Assembly (NCBI GenBank): GCA_027604505.1 | Contig: JADIIX010000006.1 | Coordinates: 62,001 to 126,000 of the forward strand | Reading direction: 5' to 3' | Length of the DNA stretch: 64,000 nucleotides | Source: Gonapodya sp. JEL0774 | Taxonomy: Eukaryota | In this document: piece after piece, positions 1 through 14,311 of the stretch | Layout: every line of letters begins with the position of its first letter | Position numbering within the stretch: position 1 is the first letter of the stretch | Position numbers and translations under genes: made by a program | The notes under the pieces: generated by a model | What the model was told of the DNA's origin: nothing | The model's input: only the letters and a program-made list of their open reading frames with translations | The model's database searches: none

Positions 1-1008
1 ATGAACCCCGGGTAGTCATTACTCTGTGTAACAATTTTTCCCATTTCGGCGGCGAGCTGTCGTGTCACCGCCAGTGTATCAGACGAAGTGGCGATGCCTG
101 GGATGATTTCAACGAGCTTCATGACCGGAACTGGGTTCATAAAGTGCATACCGATAACCTTGTGAGCGACAAGTACGGGTGGTTGAAGTGCAGAATGAGC
201 GTATCAAAAGTGTTTGAGGCACCTCGTTTGGTCTTTTTGTGGAGCTTGCGATCTTGGTAATAGAGATGGAAGAGGTATTTGACGCTAGGATGACCCCGGC
301 AGGAACTGTTTTGTCTAGATTCTCGAATATTTTAGCCTTGAGGTCTGGGTTTTCAGTAGCAGCCTATCAACAGAAATTATCGATATGGTTTAGACATTTT
401 CAAAATGTGGCGACTGCAAGACATGGGAGTGAAGAAGCCTTTGCTCGAAAGAGTCTCCCATTCCGTCGCATTGGAGAGTTGGAGAGTAACAAGTGAGGGC
501 TGGTCCAGCGCTCTGGCGTCCGACTCTTCGACGCACCTCGACAACAAAATCAACGTCCGCAAAAGAATCATTTGAAGTTGTTGTTTTTAAACGGCCCATG
601 ATGGTGGGGATATCGGTCTCGGCAAGTCGACCTTTCGAAACTTCCTTAATCAAGAGGCCGTCTAGACATAACAACAAAAAACAGAGGAGTTCAGGACGCT
701 TCACGTTGAGCTCCTTATTACATCGAAAGGATTCGGGGTCTTCCAGAAATTGCCCTGAGCAAGGACTCACTGATAAATTTCAGACCCCCATCAAGTTGTG
801 ATTGCATCGTGTCCATGATCAAAACATCGCGCTTTGCAACTACAGCACTAACGTAAGCGATGCCAATACCCTAGGAAGCACGATTGTGGAGAGCAAAATC
901 GGAGTTCTGAGATAATCACTTGCAAAGGTGGGAGGTGACGAAACGCACCATTTGACCAGCACCGACGACTCCTATTTTTTTGATATGGGTCGTAGAGATC
1001 GTAGACAT
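1..1008 (-). CDS. 3-hydroxybutyryl-/3-hydroxyacyl-CoA dehydrogenase (multi-exon, 3' end runs off the window)
   Basis: Spliced translation gives MSTISTTHIKKIGVVGAGQM|GIGIAYVSA (Rossmann GxGxxG), DVDFVVE|AATEN, ILASNTSSISIT and VIGMHFMNPVPVMKLVEII, the diagnostic 3HCDH motifs. ATG at 1008; GT-AG introns. Confidence 0.93.
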
Positions 1009-1485
1009 GCTAACGCGAGACGTTCTGAGGAACGGAAGCTGTGGAGATGTTCGAGTATTATCGAGGTAGGAAAAGTGATGGTACAGGACAAAGGTTTTCC
1101 GGCAATCGCGAGGATCGTAAAGGCAAAACTATCAAGACACAGTTGTTGATATCCGCGTCCCATGGTGCTTGGAATCGTCTGGTCTGGCGGAAATCTTCCA
1201 CAAACTGGCATCTTCATTGGCACAAATATTCACCTTCTGGCCTGAGATGAAGGCCCTCAGAGGGAGGAGGGAGGGCTGGCCAAGAAACACGGAGCAAGAA
1301 ACGATTGGGGACATTCAAATTTGTTCTGATTCCGCCAACTGAACTCTGTCAGAGTAGTTCAGTCCTCTGTTCTGATGGCCGGTGGACATGACATCCCTTG
1401 ACATGTCATTCATCTCCATACAAACTCAATTACATATAATCTTTGTGCGCATTAAGTGAGATGGTCAACAAATTTGAACAAACCA

Positions 1486-4400
1486 CTAGCCATCTGAATG
1501 GCTTTCCTCATCAAATATATACTGTCGATACCGCTGCTCTTGAACGTTCTTATGGAGAACTTTCTTTGTGTGTGGTGCCATTTCATCGTCGTCGACGAAA
1601 ATCTCAACCTCCCTAGATTTGACCACTCGCTCAACCTCGGTTGTTCTCTCAAATGGGTCTGGTGCTATCAGAGACTGATGTGGCGTATGCCACGACCCAC
1701 GAACTGCATTCTCCTCTGCCTGTCGAAGGAGCAATTGCTGCTGTTTAAACTCCTCCATAAACTCCACTTCACCTTCGTGGTCGTGCTATCGCATTGAATT
1801 GTATAGAAGAGATAGGTGAGAAACAAAAATCCCATAGCTGGAACCACAACGACTGTCACTCACGTCCTCTTGCTTCCTCAAAACTTCGGCCTGCCTTTCT
1901 TTCACAGCTGCTCTCTTCACTTCAGTTACTTCTAGTGCCACCTCCAGACACTCCCGATCCGGCGTGACTGGCCTGACTTCCTCCTCCTCCAGTTCCACGG
2001 CAATCTCCCTCCAAACCTCACCAATCTTGAAGTCAAGATATTTGCATACAGAGTGCAATTTAATGCGCTCTGGGGGAGTGAGCAGAGGTGTCGACGACTC
2101 GAGCGATTCGAAAGCCAGCTTGGACAAAACAGAATATACTTTCGAGCAGACATTGGTGGAAAGTTCAGCGATAGCGGCGGGTGAGGCTGCAGCAGTGTCA
2201 AAGCCAGGGAACCAGTCGGAAGGCATTTGATCGAGAGAACGGTTCTTGAGAGACTTAGCAAGTGGGAAGATTTGCAAAGGGCTCATTATAAACACTCGCA
2301 AAGTCGGATGCCCGAGCACAACTGCCACAATTTACCTCTTTCTTCTCCTCAATCGGCCCTCTGTTTCCTTCTCTCATATCCAGCATCCTCTCTTCAGATT
2401 CCCAAATCTCCAACAGCATGCTTACGGCTCCCCTTTTGACGTCTCGTTCTGTTCGCCACTCCAACAAATGTGCCCGTGCTCGAGGATTTTCCAGCAGATC
2501 GGAGAGACAGCCAAGGAGAGGTGGCCGGAGATGAGAGTGGATTTCAATCAGTCGGAGAAGGTCGAACAGCCCTGTGTTTGTAGGAACTAATTGAATGCAA
2601 ACATTAAAAGAGACCCAACTTCACACTGACCTCCCTGCTCCAAAAATGCGACTTCATTCTCCCAGCATCCACAAACCCCCTCCCACACACATCTGACAGC
2701 ACTCATGATCACGAAATCACGTTTCTTAGGGTCCGGTCCGGTGAACGTCAACAGTGTTCTTGCAAAGCGGAGAACATCAGACTGGCCGGCGGCCAGGCGG
2801 TATGCGGGGGAGTCGGTACAAAGAAGGGATACAAAGAGGAGAAACACTGCATGGGTGCCCGAATGGAAGGCACTGGTGCCAAGGATGGCTAGAGAAGCAC
2901 CGTCAGTTTGGTTTAGGAGGTGCACATCCAGCTCTCACCAGCCGCGACATTCAAGACCCCATCTTCCACCATTTCTCTCCTCAAGACGTCCCCACCTCTT
3001 TCGCATAGCGCGACACAAGCCCTACCCCCCGACTCAACAACAATTCCAGGTGGATCGCCATCCACTACTACTATATCTCGTTCTTTGACGTAACGTAGAA
3101 AATCGACCAGCGCCACACCAGTACCCTGTGCGGGAGGAAGGCGAGATATCAGGGAGAGAATGCAAAGATGTATAGTGCGAAGATCACGGGGGGTATATGA
3201 GAGAGCGTGTGGATCATTTAAGGTGGATAAGTGTGTGAGAAGTGTGAGGAGGGCTGCAGGGAGGTCGTACTGAAGATCCCAGTACAACGGTCAACACGAT
3301 GGATTCTTTCGATCCTGGCATTTGGCGAGTCTACCCACCACCCCATTCCCACTCAGTTTTCCGACAACACCCAGAAGCCCCCGCACCATTTCCATATCGT
3401 CGCGACTGTGCTTGCCCCCGTCCATAGCAGGTTGCATTGCGGCTAAGCCACCCTCAAAGAGTCCGCCTGTTAATCGTGACGAGCTTCCTGAGAAAATCAT
3501 AGTTGTAGGCACCGTGGCGCGACGCGGTGCGAAGCGCACGCGTCCAGATGCATGTGGGTTGGTTGAAACGGAGTTCTCGTCATCTCCAAAGTCTCGCTCT
3601 GCGATCATTTCCATTGTGCAATCTTCCTCAGAAATCTCAAGTTTATCGACAGCAGCTCCGTTAGCGCTTGCGCCAATCCAAAAACGGGCTCCACACACCG
3701 CCCCTGCAACACATGCTCCAAATCCTGTGGCAACCATTCCTAGTATGTGAGCACCAGACTCAACAGCAGCAAGCCTAGCAATCAAGGCAATTATGTCGTT
3801 GCGGAGGTGGCGCTCTGGTGGACTGAGCTTCACATGACGGGAAAAGTAGTCCGCCAGGAGATCCCTGATGCCCGCTGCTGGTACTTCGATTGTTTGAGGC
3901 GGCTCCGTTGCACTATCAGGGGGATATGGAAGGAGTAGTTGTTGTGCTACGGCACCCGCCACGGTGACAGTCCCAAGGCTGGTGCTGGTATGGTATGGCA
4001 CAGCAGCCATAGCATGGAGCGGAAGGGAATCAGAACTATCCAGAAGGTGCCATAGGATATCTGCGGCAGTTGTCCGAGTAAAAAGAGTGGAGAAACTACA
4101 AGTTGGGTGCAAGATGCGGGCAAGAAGGGGAACGACAGGTGTTTCTAAGATAAGGTACCATTAGTTGAAGTTACTTCCCGCAAGCGTTTCCAGACTCTCA
4201 CCATTGACAGCTCGAGCGGTGAGTCGTCCGGCAACAATGAGTTTATGAATGCATTGGAGAGCAATAGAGAGTAGTTCAGTGTGGCGGGGTGGAACTGCAT
4301 CGTAGGCACTTGTGTCTGGGGCAACCAGGTATGAAACCAGCTCCACGAGTGTGGGAAGCGCCGGGCTTTCGATGATAAGCCGTCATGAGGCGAGAAGAAC

Positions 4401-6139
4401 TAAGTAAAGATTTTTCAAAAAGAAGTACCACTCACCCTTCTCGTCCAGCTTCCACCGCCCATCCTCCTTCTTCCTCGTGACTGGGTCCTACCTCCACAAG
4501 CAAGGGCCTCTTCCCCATGACCCTCGCTACGACCTGTGCCCGACCCCTACCTTCATCCCCGGTAAGAGCTGATGTCACGGTATGGACCGTGCGAGGTGCT
4601 GGAGGAACGGGCGGGTGGAAGAGTCGATGGAGGGCCAGCAGAGAGGCGTGGGCCAGCGGCAGGCTCGGAGCCAAGGAGGGAGCGTAAGAGTGAGTGCAAG
4701 AGACAAAAGCAAGTGAGGTGAGGGTAGAAATTAATGGTGAAAGGAGGGTGTCGGGTGATGTGGAAAGTGGGAAGGTTTGGCCAGAGGCTAGAGGTATGGT
4801 GGGGATGGTTCTGCAGGAGTTAAACGAGAGTGAACGTGAGCATGCAGTTGATACGTGCGAGGGTAATACAGCAGCTACAGTAATCTTTGCAATTCTACGA
4901 TTCTTTTCTTCCGGTTTGCTAACTCATTTCACCCACGAGATTCGTGCTCGAGTATCTTCGCTCAAATGCAAATTGCATAGAGTGAATATGATCAGTTGCA
5001 TTGAAATTCAACAGCTGAATTTGTGCCCATTGTTGCAACAAAGCAGTTCCCTGGGAAGCAACGCAGGTACCAGGACTGACTCACCCACACACTTGCACCA
5101 GCAACGCCGCCTGTTCCAAAACTTGCAATAAACCTTCCCGCAGCTTGACAGGGTCACCTAAGGTCACAACTGTGAGTTGTCGTTTTCTTTCCTCTTCCGG
5201 AGTTGGATACGCCGCTTCTCGTATACATTCGAGGACCTCTCCGAGGCGGGGCGCGTCTTCTAATGGAGGTCGGCCAGGAGTTTTGGCGATTTGGCTTTGC
5301 AAAGAGTGGGACGTGGAGAGAGAGGGTGCCTCGAGATAGACGCGGCGGAGTTTGGCTAGAATTGCAGCGTGTCTATCGTGGAGCAAACAAGTGTGTCGAG
5401 CCCGAAAGAGCTGTATAATCTTCGGGAAGTCGATCAAAGGGGGGAGGGTAGACGAATCGCTGGTGTCCTGGGGCTTGGAGTTGTGAACAGAATTGTTTGG
5501 TGGTGATGATTTGCTGATCGCGCCCTGTTGCTCATTTTCGCCACCCGCATGGTCTTCAGCAGGGTCGTCGCCTTCCACTTGAAACTCATGCAGCGAGACT
5601 GGTCGTGACGCAAACGGAGAAGTGACCGAAGACGACATGGATGCTCGAGACTGACGGGATGAAGGCTGTCGCGTGTTAGCCAGTGCCACAAAGGAGTGGG
5701 ACCGTCCTGGTGCATACACGTCAGGATGTGACCTGTGCAAGGTTCCCGGAGCGTGAGGTCTGGTTGGCGACGACGTTTGACCAGTTGCGGGAATTAGAAC
5801 AGACTCCACGGCACGTTTACGAGGGGCGAGCGACAATTCCCCGCGAAAAGATGGCATCAGAGATTTTGTGGCATGAGCCCTGTCGTGCTCCACTCGTCCC
5901 TTTCCTCCTTTCCCACCCTTCGCAGTTCGTGCGAGTCCACTTTCTTTAGCCGTGCCGCGTTCATTCCCACCGATTGGCGGAAGAAATGAGGCCGATTTGG
6001 ATTCGAGATCGGGAGGCTTGCCTGGAGACTTGAATTGCATGTGTGCGACAGGTGCAGCCGCCGACAACGGCGGCGGCGAGGGCTCTCGGTTCATTCGAGG
6101 TCCACCGTCGAGAGCGCTTGGGGCAGCGGCGACAATCAT
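1486..6139 (-). CDS. CFAP69: Cilia- and flagella-associated protein 69-like (ARM-repeat flagellar protein), multi-exon
   Basis: Minus-strand exons in ORFs 5081-6139, 3291-4112, 2913-3287, 2587-2925, 1786-2328 and 1486-1767 carry segments recalled as CFAP69-like: IDFPKIIQLF...HDRH, AVRCVWEGVCGCWENEVAFLEQGG, LLEWR...LLEIWESEE, KVYSVLSKL and KYLDFKIGEVWREIAVELEEEEVRPVTPD. Confidence 0.8.
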
Positions 6140-6555
6140 TTTGGAGAGCTCAGAATGTTTTCACGAATTTCCGTCCTGCGTTCATATGCATGAATTTTTT
6201 GCGCGATGGTGTGTGTTCTCCTCCCTCAACAACTGCTATTTATGTAAATCTTTCCAAAGCAAAAGATTCCATACCTCGCTACGGACTCAGCAAAGTTAAT
6301 AAAATGTAAGAAAAAAATAGCTTGGAGAGAGCTCGTAAGGAGGTGAAGAGAGGCATGAGAGCTAATGTAATACAAGCTTTGAGGTGCCCACTCCGTCCAC
6401 TGACTCCTGATGATCGACCTTTCGGCAACCCCATAGCACAGTAATTCGGAAGCCCATTATAGTTCCGTGGCAGTTTAATTCAGTCACAAAAGATGCAGTC
6501 GTCGTGGCTGTCAACAAGATTTCCACCCAGAACTGTCGATCAGACGGTTGCTCGA

Positions 6556-9500
6556 ATGAAGTCGGAACCTTCTGATGGAGGAGTGGGTCTCTTCTTGACC
6601 CCACCTACAATGTCGGCAGTCTCCAACAAGAGGCAGAAGGTATGTCTCAATTGATTATCAATTGATTAAATGCCTATGCCTCATTAGGCCTGAAACTCTA
6701 ACGCTTCACCTATCTTCCCGAAATTTATGGACGACACAATGGGCAATTACAAACTCTAACTCCTCCGACAGTCTTTCGAAGATCTTCCCTCGTTCACTGC
6801 GCTAGCGGATTCGGTCAAGCACGGGCCGAGGTCAGCAACGGCACCCGGTACTTCTGCACCGTCAGCCCTCTCTGCAAGTCGACCGCCTGGGTCAGTGTGC
6901 CGCCCGAAGGATCCCCCGGACAAGTCAGGTGTGCAGGTCGAGCAGCCGCAAAAGATGGTTAGCTCGCATCGCCGTTATTTTGGGTAACCATCATCCCTAA
7001 GTTCTTGTTCCGAATCGAATGCTTCTACCACAGTCATTTTTCGCCACACTGATGTTTCAGAATGGTGGTCAACGACAGATCCCCTCCAACTTCAACTCGC
7101 AGGTTTCCCTCCCCCTTCCACCGCTTCCGTCCAGCACCTCGCCCCCAACTCCTGTGGCACGTTCGACTGTTCCCTCCACTCACTCTCCTCCAAGTGCACT
7201 CATCCCTTCCGCACCATCTGTACGCAATCTCTACCGGCACACGCTTCGCATCGACGCGACAAACGGTCCTTCTTATCCCCTGCATCACGGTCGACCTCAC
7301 CTCCATCCCCGCCCGGATGGCTTCCGCCGAGTTCGAGTGGCGTTTCGATGGCCAGACAATGTTCGCCTCGCTAGACCCCTTCCCCTGGGTACTGACGTGC
7401 GCCACCTCGTAAAAGTCAGTGAGGTTCCCGTGGCAGGAGGGGTGGGTGCAAGTCGTGATATGTTGGATGACACAACAGAGGTGCCAAATCGGAGTGAAGG
7501 AGGTGGCGTTGACTTCGACGAGCTAGAGAGAATCGAATCTTCGGCTTTGGAGACATCGAAGTCGCTGATGTCGCAACAACCTTGTTTGGTTGAGAATGGC
7601 GATACGGTCACGCTTCAAACCACCGCCAGGCTTCGAGCGACACAAGGCTTGTGGACTCAACCCTCTGACATTCCAATTGATGGTGCTTGCCCCTCCCAAG
7701 TCCCAGAACTGGATGCCTCGTTATCGTTTGTCTCCTCCTCTCCGAGATCCACGCAGTCCGTTTCGGAGAGTTCTCTATCTGTGTCAGACAGTTCGTCAAT
7801 TTCGCTGAACTCTGCAGTCCCTACCAAAGCCCATGAGGCGGTCCAACAGAAGGGCCATCTTACTTTTGAACGAGCATTGGATTCCGAACTCAGTGACTCC
7901 AAACCGACCTCACAATCTGAACACTTCTCAGCCATTCCCCCACGTGATACCATGGTAGACTTGACCTTAAAATCGAACTCCGAGTGTAATCCTCTCGCTG
8001 AGAACTTGCTTGTTGATACTCAGGAGAGCACCTTGACTGACGAGAGAGCAGCAGACACCACCGACGGTTCCGTTCCCCTCCGTGGATCGTCATCTCTTCG
8101 AATGAGTACCGACGGCGCTCGCATAAATTCCCGACGCACCAGCGTCGATGTCGTCCAACTTCTGCAGACTTCACTTGCCAAATCGTCAAGCCTGCCAGGG
8201 GACCGTGCTGATGCTTCTGTGTTCGGCTATTCACACAATTTTGCAAATCCCCAGTATCCAATCTCGAACTTCGCAGAAAAACATTTGGATTCGCCGAAAC
8301 ACGTTTCGTTACATGAGACGTTTGATTCTGCTGCGTCGGATCTGTCATCGGCACCTCCTCTCAACCTCCAATCATCTGTAGTCGACCCATCCCTACCCCT
8401 CCAACTTGAACGCACCTTGGACTTCTCTACTCTAAATAAATTTGATGCGCTGCTGGATGCGATATCCCAGAGGCTGAACACTGCCCGCGCAGAGCTGACC
8501 ACTGCGGGAGATGAACTTGTTCGCACTCGGAATGCTGATGCCCACGATGCTACGTCCAAGAGACGACGGAGCACACCGGTAGGACGGCACGCTAGTAGCT
8601 CAAATGCTCACAGTATTGGGCACGGTGAACACAAAAAGAAGAGGAGGTCGACCCACCATGGAGGGGACGGAACGCTGTTTGGTGGGCCTCTAAATGTGTC
8701 GAGAACTGATAGTTGCTGTACGGCATCCCGCGTAGAAGAAGTGCCTGAGAAAGATGGGGACGAAACCCTGCAAGCTGGTGCCCTGATTTTTATTGATCGT
8801 GAGGCGTCGAGTGGGTCTCGCGTTGTGGGGGGGACAACTGAAAAACTTCAGAAAGAGAGAAGCGGTCAAGCGTTTGGTGATCACCAAATTTGGATACCAG
8901 GAGTGAACCTTGTGGATGGTGAAACACCGCTTGAAGTGGATACCCAAGGTGATGCGGATTCTTCCACTCTTCAAGGTCCGTCTGCGAAGCCATATGCGCA
9001 GTCTAATATTTGCACGGAGACGTTGTCATCGGTCGCTAAGGAATATCCAACTGACTTTTGTGATGTCGAGGGAGCTGATCCCGCGCCGCAGAGATCTTGG
9101 CTGGGGAAACTTGGGTCACAGCGAAATGGGAATGATTCAATTCAAATGCACTCGACCGAAAATACCCCGGTCATCATGGAATCATTCGAGGAGGTTCCGC
9201 TCTGCAATGTGGGTGATGGTGCAGATGGAACTACTTTTGGATAATTCATGAATATGTTGTGGTGTGTGATCAGTCTCCGGTGATTGGCGACCACCACCAC
9301 TGTGACGTGATCCACGATGTGCCGAAGCTCAATGAAGAGCCCATAGATGTTGTGATTGAGTCCACCGAGTCTCCGGTGAGTCAAGATTACAAACTCTCGC
9401 CAATTTGCGCTACCCAATTCCCATTCATCTTTTTGCCCTTTCCTCTCACCGTCATAAATATTTTCTGATTAATCGATTTTCCCATGCTCTTCTTCCAAGG

Positions 9501-12500
9501 TTTCTACCACATTGAAACTCTCTGACGTGACTTCTTCCTCAAACGATCTACCGTTTGACTTGGCAGTAGACTCTGCGGTACCCAAGAGCACCAATGAAGA
9601 CATTGACAACGTTAAGGTGAGCGCTACATTGATATCCCCTCGATTTTATCAATTGACCTCCTCAGCAAACCCACCATAGCCTGCGATACGGAATTGCAAC
9701 GTCTCTTCGAATGCCCGAACCACTATCTCGAGTGGCTTTTCCGTTGGTGTATGTGACTCTCCTACGAGATCTAGCAACAAATCTGTTTCTGATGTGATCC
9801 GTGCTGCCGCAGAGAATGGACCCAAACCGGGTTCGGCAGATAAAATGATATGTGCTGATGAAGTGCTACGGACAGAATCGTCCGGAAAGGACATGGAAGT
9901 ATTCACGAACTATCAAGCGGAGGCGAAAACGACTGGAATCGAGGATGAAGATCTGGTATACTATCCTGATAACACAGCCTCCGCACACTTCAATCATGAT
10001 TCTGCAGACGGAAATGGCACTAAGGAGAATCCGGATACATCAAAAGCTGATACTGGGGTCCCTCAGCAAGCTGTCGAACAATGTTTGGTTGCAGCCACGG
10101 CCGTTGTTTCCAAGGACGGTTTGCATGGCTCCATCCCTGCACTGAAGAGCCCTTGCGAGAAGGTATTTGAACAGCAGGATCCAAATTGGACTATTTATCA
10201 CGAGATGGATATTGAGCGCGAAGCTCGGTTACCAGAACGTGCTGTGGATAAAAATACCCCGGACATAGTTTTGAATGCGGGATCATTAACCGAGGTCGTT
10301 TCTCAGTCAACTGTTCTTCCCCCTATCGAAAAAATTCGACCAGATCTCGCCGCCTGGCGTACTTCGATGCTTCAGCCAGATGAAGAGACTGCGAAAGTTG
10401 AGGAGATGCTTCAAGGGATGCGGGCCTGGGCCGAGGAGAGCAGAAATCAATCAGGTGTTGATCCTGGTTATGCTTTGCGAGATGAGGAAAACCAACAGAG
10501 AATGCAAGCAATGTGTGAGGGAACTGAGACTACCGGTCATCGAATTGTTGCACCTTCGTCCATGGCAGGCACACAGGCGGGTATCCAGTTGGCTGGGCCA
10601 GATACGGAGATGAGATCATCAAGTATTGTGGATGCTTCGGCTAAGGACCCAGAAACACCAGATGCATGTATTGCGATTCCAAGACGGGTTGATAACATCG
10701 CAGCTGACACTACGAACGCCGGTCTGAGTTTGCCTGGTACGGTGTCACACATCGCTGACGTACTGCAACCTGGGGTCCCAAGGTTGAAGTTGACACAGGG
10801 TGCAGCGGCGGCAACGCCAAATACTCAAGACGGGATGCAAATCATACCCCAAGAAACCTTAATCGCTACAGATGGAGGAGAATATTCACGTGGAGAGTGT
10901 CTTTCCAGTATCGCGAATGAAGCGTTTACAACCACCGAGCGTCTTGATCCACTCGAATTTGTCTCCGACCGATTCCGAGAAGACCATGTAATGGATCCTG
11001 TAGAGAAAGAGCTACAGGACATCACCACACCTTTCCAGCGCCCACGGAAGCATTCAAATCACAATGCGGAGGAAGAGGCTCTCAGCGCTGGTTTTGAAAT
11101 GATTCAGAGGATTCAAGATGGAGACATCTCTGCATCATCAAACCTGGAACTCCAACCTGACTATGGACGTACCAATCACCACAATTTGCCTAATGCTAAC
11201 TTGCGAGTGGTGAAGGATGAGGAACAGGTCATTGCATCCACTTTGAATCAAACGATGGCTGTCCAGGTGGAACAAGTCGTGAACAATTTACGGCTGGAAA
11301 TGCGAGCCAGTCAAGATGTTGCTGAATTGGAGATGAGTCGGGGAGAAGATGTGCAAAGTAGTGACATAGAAGCAGTCTCGGAAGCAAAGGCAGTCGATAG
11401 TAAGCCGGATCAAAATGAGGCTTCTGGGAGATCAAGTACGATTCCTTTAAATGTCCCGGAACAAGCTGAGCCAGGCGCTTCGAAATGTGCTGGAGACATA
11501 GACCTGGAGCTGAGCGAGCAGATGCAGCCTACTGTTGAAGGATGTACCACACTACAAAAAGTGGAATCTCGGGGTAGTCCCTCTTCCTCCGTAGAGTTAC
11601 TTTACGTGATGGAGCCCGTGTGTGGTGTGATAGAATCTCGGAACGCCACCAGCGCGAGTGAACAGGAATGTGCAGACCAAGAGAGACCAAAAGAGGCAAG
11701 CAACAACGCGAATATGAATGAAAACTACCAAGTTCAGACTTCTAACATTGTGAAGCAGAATACTTTTATTGTGGAAGAGGAATCCTTGCGGCTTTCATTG
11801 GGATCCCATGTCGGTCCTGTTGAAACGTTTTCAGTCATTACTCCAAATATTGCACCTTCTCTCCGTGCTGGCCCGGTTGCAGTCTCACAGTCCGTCGCAT
11901 TGACTGCGCCTCCCAAGCAAGTGGATTGCGTTGATCCTTCAATCGCGCCGATTGTCCCAGCCTGTGCTCCCATTTCACTTGTTGGCGAACTTAGCGCACA
12001 TGCGGAAGCTGTGCGTCCTTCGAATCACCTTCATGAAATATCTTCATGCGACTCTCCACAACCATCCCACCAATATGTCAAAACTTCTTCTCTATCCGCA
12101 GATCTAACCCAATCGCTTGCATCTGTCGTCACGAATACTCTTGGCATTGAGGATGCCCGTGAGGGTGGGCTCATCGTGACGGAGGAGATCGCGCAGCTCT
12201 CCGGCAGTCCTGTCAATTATCTTCATGATTATTCTCCTGACAACTCTGTTTGTCGCGCCCAATTGGTGACCCACACTAGTACGATGGCACCAACCGACAC
12301 GACAAGAATAAAGACAGAATCTGAAGAGCTATCAACAAATGTCCGGCAAGCCTCAGCTCAGTCAGATCCACAGTACTTATCCACTGCGTTCTCTGGTCCC
12401 GTGACACATAGCGATAACATGGATCGGCGACCTGGACACAACAACGAAGGTCTGAACAACAAGAGTCAAACAATCTCCTCGAATTCAGTAGATGTCATAT

Positions 12501-14311
12501 CTCAAATTGCTACGGAACATCCTGCTGCTGCCTTAGTGGACAACGTGATGGCGGGGCATTCGGAGCGGTCCGACGTCGCGCATACAATGACCTGTGATGT
12601 AATTCTTCTTACTTCATCGCGGAAAAAAGCGGAAGATGTGTGCCTGTCGAAGTTCGATGACTCAATTGGAGATCGACCCGAACAGGAACTCCCCGAGTTT
12701 GACTCTCTGTCTCCTCCGAACGTCAACTTAATCGATTCCGCCAATGGACTAGAAGGCAAAAACGGGGCCTCCAGTGGTGGGGATTGTGGTAATCAAGTAG
12801 ATCTACCCATCAATGGTGAAGATTTGGTCTCCCTAAAAGCTGCCGGTCCCGGTTCGATACCGCCACATGAGACAGCACCTTTGACAGGAGACGACAATGC
12901 CCCACCTGAAGCTACCGAATTTGTCAGGATTTCAGTGGGTGAATCACCTATAGATGGCGCCCTGTCAATGCTGGATTCCGTGTTAGCTTCCCCTTCACGA
13001 CCCGGACAGTCGACTTTATCGGCAATAGAGATTGAGAACACTCCGAACCTTCCTTTACCTCAAGTTATTGTGCCCGGCGGGACAATGCCAGTGGAATCAC
13101 CTTCCGAAAACGAGAATATCGCTTTGGGGCCGAGTACGAACTTACCTGGTAATGTTCATCTCCCAGTGCTCCCAAGCATCAGCACTCCGGCAGATGAAGT
13201 TGTACCCAACTCTCCGCCACTCGCTTTGGATGCATCCAGTCCTGTAACACCTGTTGAAATGAACCCGATCAGTCGCCAACCTTCCACGCGATCTGATGCC
13301 GTAATGAAGATAAGTGGGCGAATGAAAGAAGGAGACTGCACACTCACAATCGTAGAACGCTCAATTGAGGCAATTAGTGATAGAAAAGGTATGACTTGAC
13401 TTAAGGTTTGGTCTTCTGACATTATCATAACAGGCGGGTGTGCGCGTAGGAGGTAAAGTCTCCAGGCATTTCCCACTTCCCCTCGAAAGAATCTTTTGCA
13501 TCACGAGAACGCAGGGTCCTGAGATTTCTACCATCACTTTCCATGCGCTTGTGACCGAAGGGGACGGTACAACAATCAAGTTAAAGAAGTTTGCAATCGA
13601 TATTCCGTATGGAGGGAGTCGGAATGTAAAAAGCAAGCGCGAAGAAAAAGAACCTGTCTCGAGCAATCACGTGGCTCTCAAGCTGATAGGTGGTTTTGAA
13701 ACGGAGCTAAGGACTCGGACTCGAGTTATTGATGGCGGTGAGAATCACACATTGCGCAAACTCTCCAGTGGACTCCACGTCACGCATTAATATTATTGAA
13801 AAATAAGAAACTCCCCACCGAAGAATCCATGTTGTGTTGGAACCGTTATCGCGTCTTGCTACTGCAGACGCGAATCGTTCCAACAAATCTTTGTTGCCCG
13901 TGCGCAAGTCTATCTCGAAGTCGGATTCGAAAGGGGACTCTGCTACCGCGCGAAAGTTTTGTGACAAGTATTTGAAGGCTATTTGGGATGACTACGGCTT
14001 CACCGTGGAGTACTCCGGTGAGTAAGCTTTTCGCAATTAACCTTCAACTGGCACTCCAGTTAATTTGTTTGATATGCCTCGTTGGTGATTTAGATATGAG
14101 CTCCCCGCCAATATTTGGAGGTCGCGATCATGTCCTGGTCCTTTCGAGCTTCACGGAATCACAAAAGTGGCTCGAAAACTCGACGAGAACTCTAAATGTC
14201 ATACATGGACAACCTTCGGAGATCGCAGTATCTGTTATGCGCGGTGCGTACTTCCACATTTTGGACGAAGAACCGTTTGAGCGAATGCTTTTCCGAACCC
14301 AGAAATTCTGA
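6556..14311 (+). CDS. Very large (>2000 aa) low-complexity Ser/Pro/Glu-rich protein with a small globular C-terminal region; function unknown
   Basis: Long ORFs 7019-9244 and 9794-13399 can be joined through GT-AG introns (for example 9209-~9273, and donors at ~9376 and ~9617) to short 3' exons ending at TGA 14309-14311. The start at 6556 (MKSEPSDGG..., donor gtatgt ~6640) is tentative, and the region could be more than one gene. Confidence 0.6.

Noticed and set aside
6420..6480. Possible RFX X-box upstream of CFAP69 (ggcaac; gttccgtggcag)
   Set aside because: Only half-site or mismatched similarity to the X-box consensus.
7034..13476. Many antisense and alternate-frame ORFs overlapping the long + strand ORFs
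   Set aside because: Shadow ORFs with no recognisable motifs; typical of stop-poor coding DNA.
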